Shown piece after piece: positions 1 through 9,318 of a DNA stretch of 64,000 bases; position 1 is the first letter of the stretch; every line of letters begins with the position of its first letter. The position numbers and the translations under genes are program-made. The notes under the pieces were generated by a model that ran no database searches, was not told the DNA's origin, and worked only from the letters and a program-made list of their open reading frames with translations. Location of the stretch: NCBI GenBank assembly GCA_045863295.1, contig BTWA01000030.1, positions 1 to 64,000 of the forward strand, given 5' to 3'. This DNA is from Candidatus Hydrogenedentota bacterium. Lineage in GTDB: Bacteria > Hydrogenedentota > Hydrogenedentia > Hydrogenedentales > SLHB01.

Positions 1-88
1 TGGGCAACACCTGATCGTCATGCCGCAACAGCACTACTGGCTGATGCTGGACGTCCATGCTGACGCCCATGACTTCGAGCTTGACCAT
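1..88 (-). CDS. 5' fragment of bifunctional nuclease (DUF151/BFN) family protein, truncated by window edge
   Basis: Manual translation MVKLEVMGVSMDVQHQPVVLLRHDDQVLP after SD GAGGAG; resembles the BFN N-terminus (V-x-G-V...P-I/V-V-L-L...L-P). Not in the ORF track. Confidence 0.7.
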   Translation of the reverse strand, partial: MVKLEVMGVSMDVQHQPVVLLRHDDQVLP

Positions 89-162
89 GCCCACGTACCT
101 CCTCGCTAAGTGCATTTCCGGCTGCGAATTGATACGCCGGAAAGTCATCTTAGATCGCGCCG

Positions 163-690
163 TCACACATTGTCTAACCCGTCCGCCATTTCGGCGCGGG
201 CCCGGTCGAATACGCGCTCTTCGTTGCCCCTGTAGACAAGGTGCTCGTCGATGCGCACTGTTTCTTCCAGCGACAGTGGAATAAAGCGCGCTTCGGCCCG
301 TGCGTACGTCTCGGCGCCGTCCTCGGACGTAATCGCGCCGTGCGTGTAAGCAATGCGCCGATGTCCTTTACTTACCTCTGCCCACACATGCAGTACGCGA
401 TCGCCCGGCACGGGGCGCACATACCGTACCCGCAATTCTCCGGTGAGCGTCATTCTGGAAAGCGACCGGTTCGCGGCCCACCCCATGGTTTCGTCCAGCA
501 ACGCGGCCGCGACTCCCCCGTGAAGCACGTTGGGAAACCCGCAGTAGGCCGGTACCGGATCAAACGAGGTCCATATTCGATTGCCGTCTACGCGAAATCG
601 CAGTTTTAATCCAAACGGATTTTCCTCGCCGCATACGAAGCACGTCTTGGAAACCGGCAAGTACCTTTTGGCGTTGTCTGCCTCTAGCAT
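163..690 (-). CDS. PaaI/hotdog-fold thioesterase
   Basis: CFVCGEENPFGL and HGGVAAALLDE motifs; start uncertain (690 or 705). Confidence 0.85.
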   Translation of the reverse strand: MLEADNAKRYLPVSKTCFVCGEENPFGLKLRFRVDGNRIWTSFDPVPAYCGFPNVLHGGVAAALLDETMGWAANRSLSRMTLTGELRVRYVRPVPGDRVLHVWAEVSKGHRRIAYTHGAITSEDGAETYARAEARFIPLSLEETVRIDEHLVYRGNEERVFDRARAEMADGLDNV

Positions 691-857
691 GATAGTCCTT
701 CTCACTCTTGTCCCAAGCCAACTCAGGCACGATTAAAACTGACGCGCGGCCTATAGTACAACCGCAACCTATCTCGCTTCGCCTTTTTCACGAAACGCTT
801 CCATTCCAGCCTTTTGCACGCTAGGCTGTATCCGGTATAGACAGAAAGGCGCAGTTA

Positions 858-1769
858 TTGACGAAGTCGGCATTCATCCTATGCGAATCCTGCATGGCTC
901 ACGACGCCGGCCGCGGCCACCAGGAACGGCCTGGGCGGATTGAGGCGATTCGCTCGGCCTTTGACCACGCCGGACTGAATCCACCCCACATCGCCCCGGT
1001 CCAGGCCAGTCGCGAGGACTTGCTGCGCGTACACACGGTCGATCATGTCGATACGATTGAGCGAACCTGCCGTGAAGAGTTGGAGTATCCCGATCCCGAT
1101 ACACAAATGGTCCGTGCGTCGTGGGATGCGGCCCTCACGGCAGCCGGCAGCGCCATTGCAGCGTGCGAGGCCGTGTACGACGGCACGTATCGCAATGCTT
1201 TTGCAGCGGTCCGCCCTCCAGGCCATCACGCCGAACGCACCTACGCCAAGGGCTTCTGCCTTTTTAACAATGTGCTGGTCGCGGCGCGTTGGCTTCAGGA
1301 AACGAAAGGCGTTGGAAAAATCGCCATCTTAGACTGGGACGTTCACCACGGCAACGGGACGCAACACAGCACTTACGACGACGATTCCATCTATTACGCA
1401 AGCATCCATCAGTATCCGTTGTATCCGGGAACAGGCATGCCGGGTGAGCGCGGCAAGAATAACACGAATCTCAATGTGCATATGCCCTGGGGGTCGGGGC
1501 ATTTCGAATGGATGGATGCGTTGACCGATCAGATTTTGCCGGAATTCGAACGTTTCAAACCGGAGTTCCTGCTGATTTCCTGCGGATTTGACGCCCACCG
1601 CCTCGATCCCCTCGCCTCCCAGCGTCTGGAATCGGAGAGTTTTTCGGACATGACGAATGCGGTGAAGCAACTCGCGGGGGGGCGGGTTGTTTCCATCTTG
1701 GAAGGCGGCTACCACCTTGACGCCTTGGGCGAATCCGCGGTGGCGCATTTCAATGCCTTGTCGGCGTGA
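858..1769 (+). CDS. Histone deacetylase family (AcuC/HDAC-like) amidohydrolase
   Basis: RPPGHHA, GFCLFNN, DWDVHHGNGTQ, GFDAH, LEGGY motifs. Confidence 0.93.
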   Translation: MTKSAFILCESCMAHDAGRGHQERPGRIEAIRSAFDHAGLNPPHIAPVQASREDLLRVHTVDHVDTIERTCREELEYPDPDTQMVRASWDAALTAAGSAIAACEAVYDGTYRNAFAAVRPPGHHAERTYAKGFCLFNNVLVAARWLQETKGVGKIAILDWDVHHGNGTQHSTYDDDSIYYASIHQYPLYPGTGMPGERGKNNTNLNVHMPWGSGHFEWMDALTDQILPEFERFKPEFLLISCGFDAHRLDPLASQRLESESFSDMTNAVKQLAGGRVVSILEGGYHLDALGESAVAHFNALSA

Positions 1770-2463
1770 ACCCCTGGTCCCCTTGCATGGCCGGTTTGTA
1801 ACGCGCGAGGTAGTTTGCCGCGTCTCCCGCTTCTTCCGTGCGTTTGGCCTTCGCCAGAATCTCGCGCATTAACCGGGCTGCAGCCGCGGCATCGTGGAAC
1901 TGCTGATCGTGAATCAGCGCGAGCCGGTAGGCGGCCTTTGCCCACGCCTTTGGATGTTTTTCGAACTGCCGCATAATGTCCTTGTAGAACGTCACGGCGT
2001 AGTCGTATTTCTCCTTCCGTTCGGCCAAGAGCGCTGCCGCAAACAGCGGGGCCGGCCGCCGGGGATCGGCTTCGAAATAATTGCGGTACTCTTTGAGCGC
2101 CCCTTCCACGTCGTTCTCGACCGCTTTCTTGCGGGCACGGCCATAATCCGACGGCGCCGGCGTGACAAAGTGTTGTCCGTACAGAAAATCCGTCATCACT
2201 TCGGAAGCCGACGCCCGCACCATCCAGGTAATCATGATGACCGCGGGAAATGAAATGGCCAGCGCGCCGTAGGGACCTATCATCAGCGTGACCGGCACGA
2301 AGAAAAACGACAACCCCACGATAGAGCCGACCGCAAAGGAGATCGAAAGCCAGGCAGGGGGCTGCTCCAAGTGGGCGTGGTACAACCGATACCCGATGTA
2401 TGTCAGTAACAGACTTACCGCGGCATATGCGCCAATCAGCACCGTCCTGCTCCTATCCGGCAA
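1750..2463 (-). CDS. Membrane protein with C-terminal TPR-like helical repeats
   Basis: Three hydrophobic N-terminal segments, then DYGRARKKAVENDVEGALKEYRNYFEADP; paralogous to 2477-3076. Confidence 0.7.
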   Translation of the reverse strand: MPDRSRTVLIGAYAAVSLLLTYIGYRLYHAHLEQPPAWLSISFAVGSIVGLSFFFVPVTLMIGPYGALAISFPAVIMITWMVRASASEVMTDFLYGQHFVTPAPSDYGRARKKAVENDVEGALKEYRNYFEADPRRPAPLFAAALLAERKEKYDYAVTFYKDIMRQFEKHPKAWAKAAYRLALIHDQQFHDAAAAARLMREILAKAKRTEEAGDAANYLARYKPAMQGDQGFTPTRH

Positions 2464-2476
2464 ACGCGGCCCTGGA

Positions 2477-3076
2477 TTACCTCGTCCGTGCGGCCAACCT
2501 GGATTTCACTTCCGCCTCGATATGCTTGTCCTTTCGGAATCGATCGAGCACTTCCCGGTATATCGTCTCCGCCTCACGGTCCATGTCCTGTTCCTCGGCG
2601 AGCGCAGCCGCATGCAATAGTGGCTCGGCCGAGCGAGGGTCTTCCTCGAAATACTCGCGGTACATATGAATCGCCCCTTCGATATCTCCCGCTTCGATCT
2701 TCCGCTTTGCCTTGCCGTACTCCCGGGGAAACCGATTCCGGAAACGCACTTGGTAAACCGATTCCGCCATGGTTTGTCCGATAGCCGCCGCCACCATGCG
2801 CCCCGCCACAGCCAGCGGCGAGCCCACTCCCAGAACGGTGATCACAAGGCCTGGCTCCCCGGCTCGAGCCCATGCCGTCACGCCAAGCAGCGAAACCGTC
2901 AGCACGGTCGAGATCATGCCGAAGGAGAGCCCAAGCCACAGTGGCGGATATCCACCGTGCCTCCGGTGCAGTAGAATCCCGGCAACCGCCAATATGCACC
3001 CCAGCAATACCAACGGGAGGCCTACGCCAGCCCGCGCGGCCAGCCACTGCCCGGTCCACATGTCCAAAGCGATCAT
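2477..3076 (-). CDS. Membrane protein with C-terminal TPR-like repeats
   Basis: Hydrophobic N-half, then EYGKAKRKIEAGDIEGAIHMYREYFEEDP; SD GGAGGGAG. Confidence 0.7.
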   Translation of the reverse strand: MIALDMWTGQWLAARAGVGLPLVLLGCILAVAGILLHRRHGGYPPLWLGLSFGMISTVLTVSLLGVTAWARAGEPGLVITVLGVGSPLAVAGRMVAAAIGQTMAESVYQVRFRNRFPREYGKAKRKIEAGDIEGAIHMYREYFEEDPRSAEPLLHAAALAEEQDMDREAETIYREVLDRFRKDKHIEAEVKSRLAARTR

Positions 3077-3098
3077 AGGGCACTCCCTCCTAGAAATG

Positions 3099-3134
3099 AA
3101 AAAGGCTCCCGCCGCTACTGCAACCGGGAGCCTT
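3099..3134 (-). terminator. Intrinsic terminator after oxidoreductase pair
   Basis: GGCTCCCG...CGGGAGCC stem followed by TTTTT on the minus strand. Confidence 0.65.
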
Positions 3135-3148
3135 CAAATCTTGGATTG

Positions 3149-4132
3149 CTATCCGATTGCCACTCGCCTGCCTGTCGTAGCCGATTCGTACGCCGCCACG
3201 GTCACGGCAACAGCCTGCAATCCGTCCAGCCCAGTGATGCTCGGTTCCCGCTTGTTATTGACGGCATCCGCAAAATCCTGCACCAAGCCTAGATCGGTGT
3301 TTTCACCCCACCCGGCCCAGCGCCCACGCCCCGCATCGTCATCATACACCATGAGCTTCTGGTTGAATGCGTCTACTTGAATGACGCCCTTCTCGCAAAT
3401 CAGCTCCATGGTCACGTCGCCCCATGTGGGAAAACTTTTCGCCCGGTTCCAGCTTGCGATATGTGCGACTTTGGCGCCGCCCTCCATTTCCATATTCATC
3501 ACACCCATGTCGTCGGTATCGATCTCCGTTCGCACCTGGGTGCCGATCTCGCAATAGATGCCCGTGAATTCCTTTCCGGTCATCCAGCGCAGCAAATCGG
3601 CGACGTGCACAATGTGATCCATGGTGGCGCCACCGCCGGACAACGCGGGATCCGCGAACCAGCCACCGGGATAGCTTCCGTTGTTGGTGGTGTTGGCGGC
3701 GTACACTTTTCCGAATTCGCCGCTGTCGAGTTGCTTCTTCACTTCCATCAACGAAGGGGCGTAGCGGCACGGAAATGCAGTACCGAGTCCCACGCCCGCC
3801 GACTTGCAGGCATCAATCATCGCCTGCGCATCTGCCACGGTTGTCGCCAGCGGCTTTTCGCACAACACCCATTTGCGGGCCTTCGCGGCAGCTTCGGCGT
3901 GTGCCCGGTGCCGCACGTTCTCCGAAGTGATGATGACGGCATCCAGGTCTCGCTTCAGCAATGCGTCGAGGTTGGCGTCGAACGGCACGTTGTAATGCGT
4001 TGCCGCGGCCTGACCGCGCATGGCGTCTTCGTCCCACACCGCCACCAACTCGGCGTTGTCCACTTCCATCAGCGCGTTGGCATACCCGTAGGCGTGCATA
4101 TGCGCAAAACTGATAATCCCTATCCGGGCCAT
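3149..4132 (-). CDS. Gfo/Idh/MocA family oxidoreductase
   Basis: VLCEKPLA and GGGATMDHIVH motifs. Confidence 0.9.
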   Translation of the reverse strand: MARIGIISFAHMHAYGYANALMEVDNAELVAVWDEDAMRGQAAATHYNVPFDANLDALLKRDLDAVIITSENVRHRAHAEAAAKARKWVLCEKPLATTVADAQAMIDACKSAGVGLGTAFPCRYAPSLMEVKKQLDSGEFGKVYAANTTNNGSYPGGWFADPALSGGGATMDHIVHVADLLRWMTGKEFTGIYCEIGTQVRTEIDTDDMGVMNMEMEGGAKVAHIASWNRAKSFPTWGDVTMELICEKGVIQVDAFNQKLMVYDDDAGRGRWAGWGENTDLGLVQDFADAVNNKREPSITGLDGLQAVAVTVAAYESATTGRRVAIG

Positions 4133-4163
4133 TGATTGTATCTCCCCTCGCGCGTGCGCGCCG

Positions 4164-5141
4164 TTACAAACTTACGGGTTCGCCCTTCTCCGCCGACTCC
4201 AGCGCCGCGAGGCAGATACGCACGGCTTCCACGGCGTCCTCGGGCGTCACGCGCGGATTGCCTTTGCCTTCCAACCACTGCAGGAAATCCATCCACTCCA
4301 ACGTGTATGGGCTGACCGATGTCGGGCTCCCCGGCACGACGGCATTTACCGACCCCACTTCGGCCACCCGCTTTTGCATGGCAATGGGCGCTTCATTGCT
4401 GTTATGCACGATCATGCCGTTCTCCGCGCATATCTCCACCTTCGTGCAAAAGCCGGAAGGATGTGCCCATGATCCGGTGACCTGTGCGATAACTCCGTTC
4501 TTCATCCGCACGGTCGTCATGTTGTAGTCCATGCCTTCGCCGAAATGATCGCGCAGATCCTGGCTGTACACGCGGGCCACATCGCCAAACACATAGCGCA
4601 ACCAATCGAAGTCGTGTATGGCGCAATCGAGCGTCACACCGCCACTTTGTTCCCATGCGCGAAACCAGCCGCCTTGTCCCTGCGGGCAAATGCCTCCGCG
4701 AAACATGCGCACAAAGCCCGCCTTGCCCAAGCTCTTGTTCTGAACGTTGGTGCGCATGGCCTCGTATTCGGGAAAGTAACGGACGACATGTCCCACGAAC
4801 AGTTTCACGCCGGCGCTCTTCACCGCGCTTAAAATTGCGTTGCACTGATCCAAATCCCGGCCGAGCGGCTTCTCACAAAAAATGTTCTTGCCCGCCGCCG
4901 CCGCCGCCCTTACCAGGTCCACGTGAAACGGTGTGGGTGTCGCGATAGCGACCACGTCCACGTCCGCGCTGCCGCACGCCGCCGTCACGTTGTCCGTCGC
5001 CTTGGCGCCGTAGGGCTTCGCCAATTCCTCCGCCTTGGCAAGAACGGGATCGGCGCACAGCGACACGGTGAATCCTGCTTGCGCCGCGCTGGCCGCGTGG
5101 GTCTGCCCCATCACGCCGCATCCGACAATCGCTACTCTCAT
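4164..5141 (-). CDS. Gfo/Idh/MocA family oxidoreductase
   Basis: IVGCGVMG Rossmann motif, IFCEKPL, GGVTLDCAIHDFD; ATG at 5141 with SD AAGGAGAGG. Confidence 0.9.
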   Translation of the reverse strand: MRVAIVGCGVMGQTHAASAAQAGFTVSLCADPVLAKAEELAKPYGAKATDNVTAACGSADVDVVAIATPTPFHVDLVRAAAAAGKNIFCEKPLGRDLDQCNAILSAVKSAGVKLFVGHVVRYFPEYEAMRTNVQNKSLGKAGFVRMFRGGICPQGQGGWFRAWEQSGGVTLDCAIHDFDWLRYVFGDVARVYSQDLRDHFGEGMDYNMTTVRMKNGVIAQVTGSWAHPSGFCTKVEICAENGMIVHNSNEAPIAMQKRVAEVGSVNAVVPGSPTSVSPYTLEWMDFLQWLEGKGNPRVTPEDAVEAVRICLAALESAEKGEPVSL

Positions 5142-5264
5142 GGTGTACCTCTCCTTCACGCTGAATGGGTCCGCGCAAACGCGCGGAGAGTGCCATTATA
5201 AACAGCAGGCGGGCTTCGGGAAACCCTGCGTGTGGCGGGCGCCCGATGGTCCCATGGCGGCCAC

Positions 5265-5297
5265 AAAAAAAGCGGGGCGCTGTTTCCAGCACCCCGC
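5265..5297 (-). terminator. Intrinsic terminator of groEL
   Basis: Minus strand GCGGGGTGCTG-GAAA-CAGCGCCCCGC followed by T7. Confidence 0.85.
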
Positions 5298-5324
5298 GAA
5301 ATCGTCTACTTGTGGCAGAACGGT

Positions 5325-6980
5325 CTACATCATGCCGCCCATTCCACCCATGCCGCCCATTCCGCCGCCGTGATGATCGTGCGGATCGCCGGCCGGGGCC
5401 TTCTTCTTCTCCGGGATATCGGTGATCAGGCATTCGGTGGTTACGAACATGCCTGCCACGCTCACGGCGTTCTGCAGCGCGGTCGTGATCACCTTCGCGG
5501 GATCGATGATGCCCGCCTTGATCAGGTCCACCACCTCGCCGGTGGCCGCATCCAATCCAAAGCCCGCTTTCTCGCCCGCCACCTGCTGCACCACGACGTT
5601 GCCTTCGAGACCTGCGTTGCTCGCGATCTGCGCCAAGGGCGCCGCGCACGCATCGTACACCATCTTTGCGCCGATGACTTCGTCGCCTTCCAGATTGAGA
5701 TCCTTGGCCTTCTTGCGCGCGTGCAACAGGCTCACGCCGCCGCCCGCGACAAAGCCGGACTCGATGGCCGCGCGCGTCGCATTAAGCGCGTCGTCGGTGC
5801 GGGCCTTCTTTTCTTTCAATTCGATCTCGGTCGCCGCGCCCACTTTAATCACGGCCACGCCGCCGGCCAGTTTCGCGAGGCGTTCCTGCAGCTTTTCGCG
5901 ATCGTAGTCAGACGTGGTGCCCTCAATTTGGCGGCGAATCGAATCGCACCGCCCCAGGATGTCTTTCTTCTTGCCCGCGCCTTCGACGATGGTTGTGTTG
6001 TCTTTCGTGACTTCGATACGCTTTGCGCGGCCGACGTCCTTCAGCTCGATGCTTTCCAGCTTGATGCCGAGATCATCGCTGATAAACTGGCCGCCTGTCA
6101 GCACGGCGATATCGCGCAGGATTTCCTTGCGGCGATCGCCGAATGCCGGCGCTTTCACGGCGCAGACATTCAAGATGCCGCGTAACCGGTTCACCACCAG
6201 CGTGGCCAGGGCCTCGCCTTCGATGTCTTCGGCGATGATCAGCAGCGGCTTGCCGCTCTGCGCCACTTGCTGCAGCAACGGAATAATGTCCTGGATGGAG
6301 CTGATCTTCTTTTCGTAGGTGAGCACGTAGCAGTCTTCAAGCACCGCCTTCATGCCTTCGCGGTTGTTGATGAAATAGGGCGAGAGGAAACCGCGGTCGA
6401 ACTGCATGCCGTCGACCACTTCCAACTCCGACTGAAGGCCCTTGCCTTCTTCAATTGTGACCACGCCGTCGTTGCCGACCGCTTCGATCGCTTCGGCGAT
6501 CATCTTACCGACTTCCTTGTCGCCGTTGGCGGAAATGGTGGCCACCTGGGCGACTTCCTCGCTGCCCTTGACCTTCTTGCTCTGTGCATTCACCGCTTCA
6601 ATCACGGCGGCCAGCGCCTTTTCCATGCCGCGCTTCAGGTGCATTGGATTCGCGCCGGCGGTCACATGGCGCATGCCCAGGTGAATCAGCGATTGCGCCA
6701 ACACAGTTGCAGTCGTGGTGCCGTCACCGGCCACGTCCTGCGTCTTGCTGGCGGCCTCGCGTACCATGCGCGCGCCCATGTTCTCGAATGGATTCGCGAG
6801 TTCGACTTCCTTCGCCACCGACACACCGTCTTTGGTGATGCTGGGAGCGCCGAACGATTTCTCCAGAATAACGTTGCGTCCACGCGGTCCAAGGGTTGCC
6901 TTTACGGCGTTGGCGAGGGCATCGGCGCCTTTAATGAGGGCGTCGCGCGCGTCTTGGTCGAAGGACAACTGTTTGGCCAT
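5325..6980 (-). CDS. groL: Chaperonin GroEL
   Basis: MAKQLSF start, [33 protein letters not shown] tail; SD AAGGAG. Confidence 0.98.
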   Translation of the reverse strand: MAKQLSFDQDARDALIKGADALANAVKATLGPRGRNVILEKSFGAPSITKDGVSVAKEVELANPFENMGARMVREAASKTQDVAGDGTTTATVLAQSLIHLGMRHVTAGANPMHLKRGMEKALAAVIEAVNAQSKKVKGSEEVAQVATISANGDKEVGKMIAEAIEAVGNDGVVTIEEGKGLQSELEVVDGMQFDRGFLSPYFINNREGMKAVLEDCYVLTYEKKISSIQDIIPLLQQVAQSGKPLLIIAEDIEGEALATLVVNRLRGILNVCAVKAPAFGDRRKEILRDIAVLTGGQFISDDLGIKLESIELKDVGRAKRIEVTKDNTTIVEGAGKKKDILGRCDSIRRQIEGTTSDYDREKLQERLAKLAGGVAVIKVGAATEIELKEKKARTDDALNATRAAIESGFVAGGGVSLLHARKKAKDLNLEGDEVIGAKMVYDACAAPLAQIASNAGLEGNVVVQQVAGEKAGFGLDAATGEVVDLIKAGIIDPAKVITTALQNAVSVAGMFVTTECLITDIPEKKKAPAGDPHDHHGGGMGGMGGMGGMM

Positions 6981-7036
6981 GGTCGAATCCTCTCCTTTGC
7001 TACACCCGCAGGGCGGGCGGAAAACCCGGATGCAAA

Positions 7037-7063
7037 GTAGCACTCCACTGCAATGAGTGCTAA
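7037..7063 (-). promoter_or_regulatory. CIRCE element (HrcA operator)
   Basis: TTAGCACTC-attgcagtg-GAGTGCTAC on the minus strand; one mismatch to TTAGCACTC-N9-GAGTGCTAA. Confidence 0.93.
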
Positions 7064-7071
7064 CAGGCGAG

Positions 7072-7100
7072 ATGGTAGCATATGCCCCCTAACCTGTCAA
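7072..7100 (-). promoter_or_regulatory. sigma70 promoter of groEL
   Basis: TTGACA-17 nt-TACCAT with extended -10 TG, directly upstream of CIRCE. Confidence 0.8.
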
Positions 7101-7111
7101 GGCCGGTATAC

Positions 7112-7768
7112 TTAAGAACGATTGGAGTCGATCGAGCCCACGGCCGCCGTGAGGTCGGCCAAGGTCGTCTTTTCCAGCCAAGAGTGGATGAGCGAACCGT
7201 TCCCGTCGAACAGGAACGTCCCCGGGAGCGCCCCGTCCCATTGGGTCTCCTGAACCCCCAGGATCTCGGCAAGCCGGTCCGGGGCAATATCGTCGACCAC
7301 GTGGACTGGGAATGGGATTTTTCGATCTGCCAAGAAGGGTTTTAGTTTATTGTCGACTTCGTAAGTGAAATCGGCTGATAGACTTACAAACTCAGCCCCG
7401 TGAGTGGCCCGAGCATGGTAGAACTCCGCCAGATCTGGCAATTCTTCCACGCAGGGGGTGCACCACGTGGCCCAGACGTTGATGAGCAAAGGTTTACCTG
7501 TACCCTTGAGACCCTCCAGAAGGCTGACCAATCCGTCTTCATTGATGAGATCCACCGGCGGAGATACCGGCTTAGTGGAGGCAGAGCTTGGCGCGGGATC
7601 TATTTCCGAGGGCTTGGGGGAGGTTGCGGCAGTGCCCTCAGGCGATGGCGCCCCGGCGGAACATCCCGCCACTGCGGCTGCAAGCATAAGGAGTGCAAAA
7701 AGCCCTGTGCGCCTCGGGCTGAAACCCGAAGCGCACAGGATACGCCGTGTTAATCCGTTCAACCGCAT
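7112..7768 (-). CDS. TlpA/ResA-like thiol-disulfide oxidoreductase, probable lipoprotein
   Basis: VAGC lipobox-like sequence, INVWATWCTPC, ALPGTFLFD. Confidence 0.88.
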   Translation of the reverse strand: MRLNGLTRRILCASGFSPRRTGLFALLMLAAAVAGCSAGAPSPEGTAATSPKPSEIDPAPSSASTKPVSPPVDLINEDGLVSLLEGLKGTGKPLLINVWATWCTPCVEELPDLAEFYHARATHGAEFVSLSADFTYEVDNKLKPFLADRKIPFPVHVVDDIAPDRLAEILGVQETQWDGALPGTFLFDGNGSLIHSWLEKTTLADLTAAVGSIDSNRS

Positions 7769-7772
7769 TGCC

Positions 7773-8423
7773 TTAGTGTGCCGAGCGCTTGATACCGCAG
7801 CCGTAGGCGCTCGTCTTATTCTCTTTTACCGGCTCCCCCGCGAGGAGGGCATCCAACGCCTCCGCCACGTAGGGCTTGTAGGCCGGGTCATCGGCTTTCT
7901 TATTGTTGTCGATGCCGCCGTGATAGGCCAAATTGCCATCCTTGTCCGCGATGTAGATCTCCGGCGTGCGCTTAGCGCCCAAGAGATCGGCGTACACGTT
8001 GCCCTCATCCTTCAAAATAGGATAAGGTAACTTCTTGCCGGTCTCGTTCTTCGCGTCGCCTTCTTCCCAGGTGGCGTTGGCATATGCGGCAATCGTCTCC
8101 GCCGTCGTACCGTCGTGCGCGTCGATGCTTAAGAAGACCACCCCCTTGTCCGTGTACTTCTCATACAACTCGACATAGGCGCCTTCCTTGGCGCGCGACA
8201 CTGGACAATGCTGCGAGGTGAAGCTCATCACCACGATTTTGTCCTTGAAATCACTGAGTTTATGCTCCTTGCCCGTGTAGTCTGTCATGGCAAAATCCGG
8301 CAGTTTCGTGCCGATGGCCGGTGCTGCCTGTATCGCGGCCGAAGCACTCATCGACCACAACGCAATTGCCGCGACCGTACACGCGGCCACGCCGCCCGCA
8401 AACCCAAGCAGATTTTTCAACAT
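7773..8423 (-). CDS. Exported redoxin (AhpC/TSA-like thioredoxin family)
   Basis: Signal peptide, LPDFAMTD, SQHCPVS, GAKRTPEIY, YHGGIDN, C-terminal YGCGIK. Confidence 0.85.
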   Translation of the reverse strand: MLKNLLGFAGGVAACTVAAIALWSMSASAAIQAAPAIGTKLPDFAMTDYTGKEHKLSDFKDKIVVMSFTSQHCPVSRAKEGAYVELYEKYTDKGVVFLSIDAHDGTTAETIAAYANATWEEGDAKNETGKKLPYPILKDEGNVYADLLGAKRTPEIYIADKDGNLAYHGGIDNNKKADDPAYKPYVAEALDALLAGEPVKENKTSAYGCGIKRSAH

Positions 8424-8554
8424 GGATACATCCCTCCAATTACCTTCCACACCGTTCCGATGCCCAAGAAAACACTTCTATTCGCACGGGAATTCCACGT
8501 CAATGAAACACACACGTGCTCTAACTGTTCCCTTACTGTATGCCAACACGCAAC

Positions 8555-9256
8555 TTACAGCGAATCGCTGGGGTTCCAATCCGACCATGAACCGCGTAGC
8601 GTCTCGTGGTCCATTGCGCGGCGGAGCAACTCCAGAAAGTAGGGTCTGGGCACATCGCGCGCACCCAACGAAGCCAAATGGCGGTTCGCCACCTGACAGT
8701 CAATAAACGTGAATTCGTGGGCCCGCGCAAATTCGGTCAGTGCGTGTGTCGCCACTTTCGATGCATCAGTCACGCGCGAAAACATGGATTCGCCAAAGAA
8801 ACACCGGCCCAGCGAAATGCCGTATAGCCCGCCCACCACGTCTCCCTCCAGACGGCACTCAAACGAATGGGCAAACCCCATCCGATGCAACAACGTATAC
8901 GCCATCCGCATCTCATGGGTGATCCAAGTCCGGCCCTCGCCCCGGCCTTCCACAGTCGCACAATGCTCAATAACCGTTTCAAACGCGGTGTCCACCGAGA
9001 TCTCAAACTTACCGGCGCGCATCGTACGCGCGAGCCTCCGCGACACGTGGAACTCGGACGTCATGAGCACCATGCGCGGGTCCGGAGACCACCAGAGAAT
9101 CGGCTCGCCTTCGGAGTACCATGGAAAAATCCCCATGGCATAGGCCGTCAGCAACCGCTCCGGCGACAAGTCGCCGCCGACGGCAAGAAGGCCGTCCTCC
9201 CGCGCAAGCTCAGGCGGGGGAAACAGAATGTCATCTTCTAGAGCGTAGACCGGCAT
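8555..9256 (-). CDS. aat: Leucyl/phenylalanyl-tRNA-protein transferase
   Basis: GLLAVGGDLSPERLLTAY, GIFPWY, WWSPDPR, FFGESMFS, IDCQ. Confidence 0.96.
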   Translation of the reverse strand: MPVYALEDDILFPPPELAREDGLLAVGGDLSPERLLTAYAMGIFPWYSEGEPILWWSPDPRMVLMTSEFHVSRRLARTMRAGKFEISVDTAFETVIEHCATVEGRGEGRTWITHEMRMAYTLLHRMGFAHSFECRLEGDVVGGLYGISLGRCFFGESMFSRVTDASKVATHALTEFARAHEFTFIDCQVANRHLASLGARDVPRPYFLELLRRAMDHETLRGSWSDWNPSDSL

Positions 9257-9318
9257 GGGGGGAGTATAGGAGGCAACAGGGACCGGACTCCAGACGAACA
9301 AGTCTCACGCTACAGACA

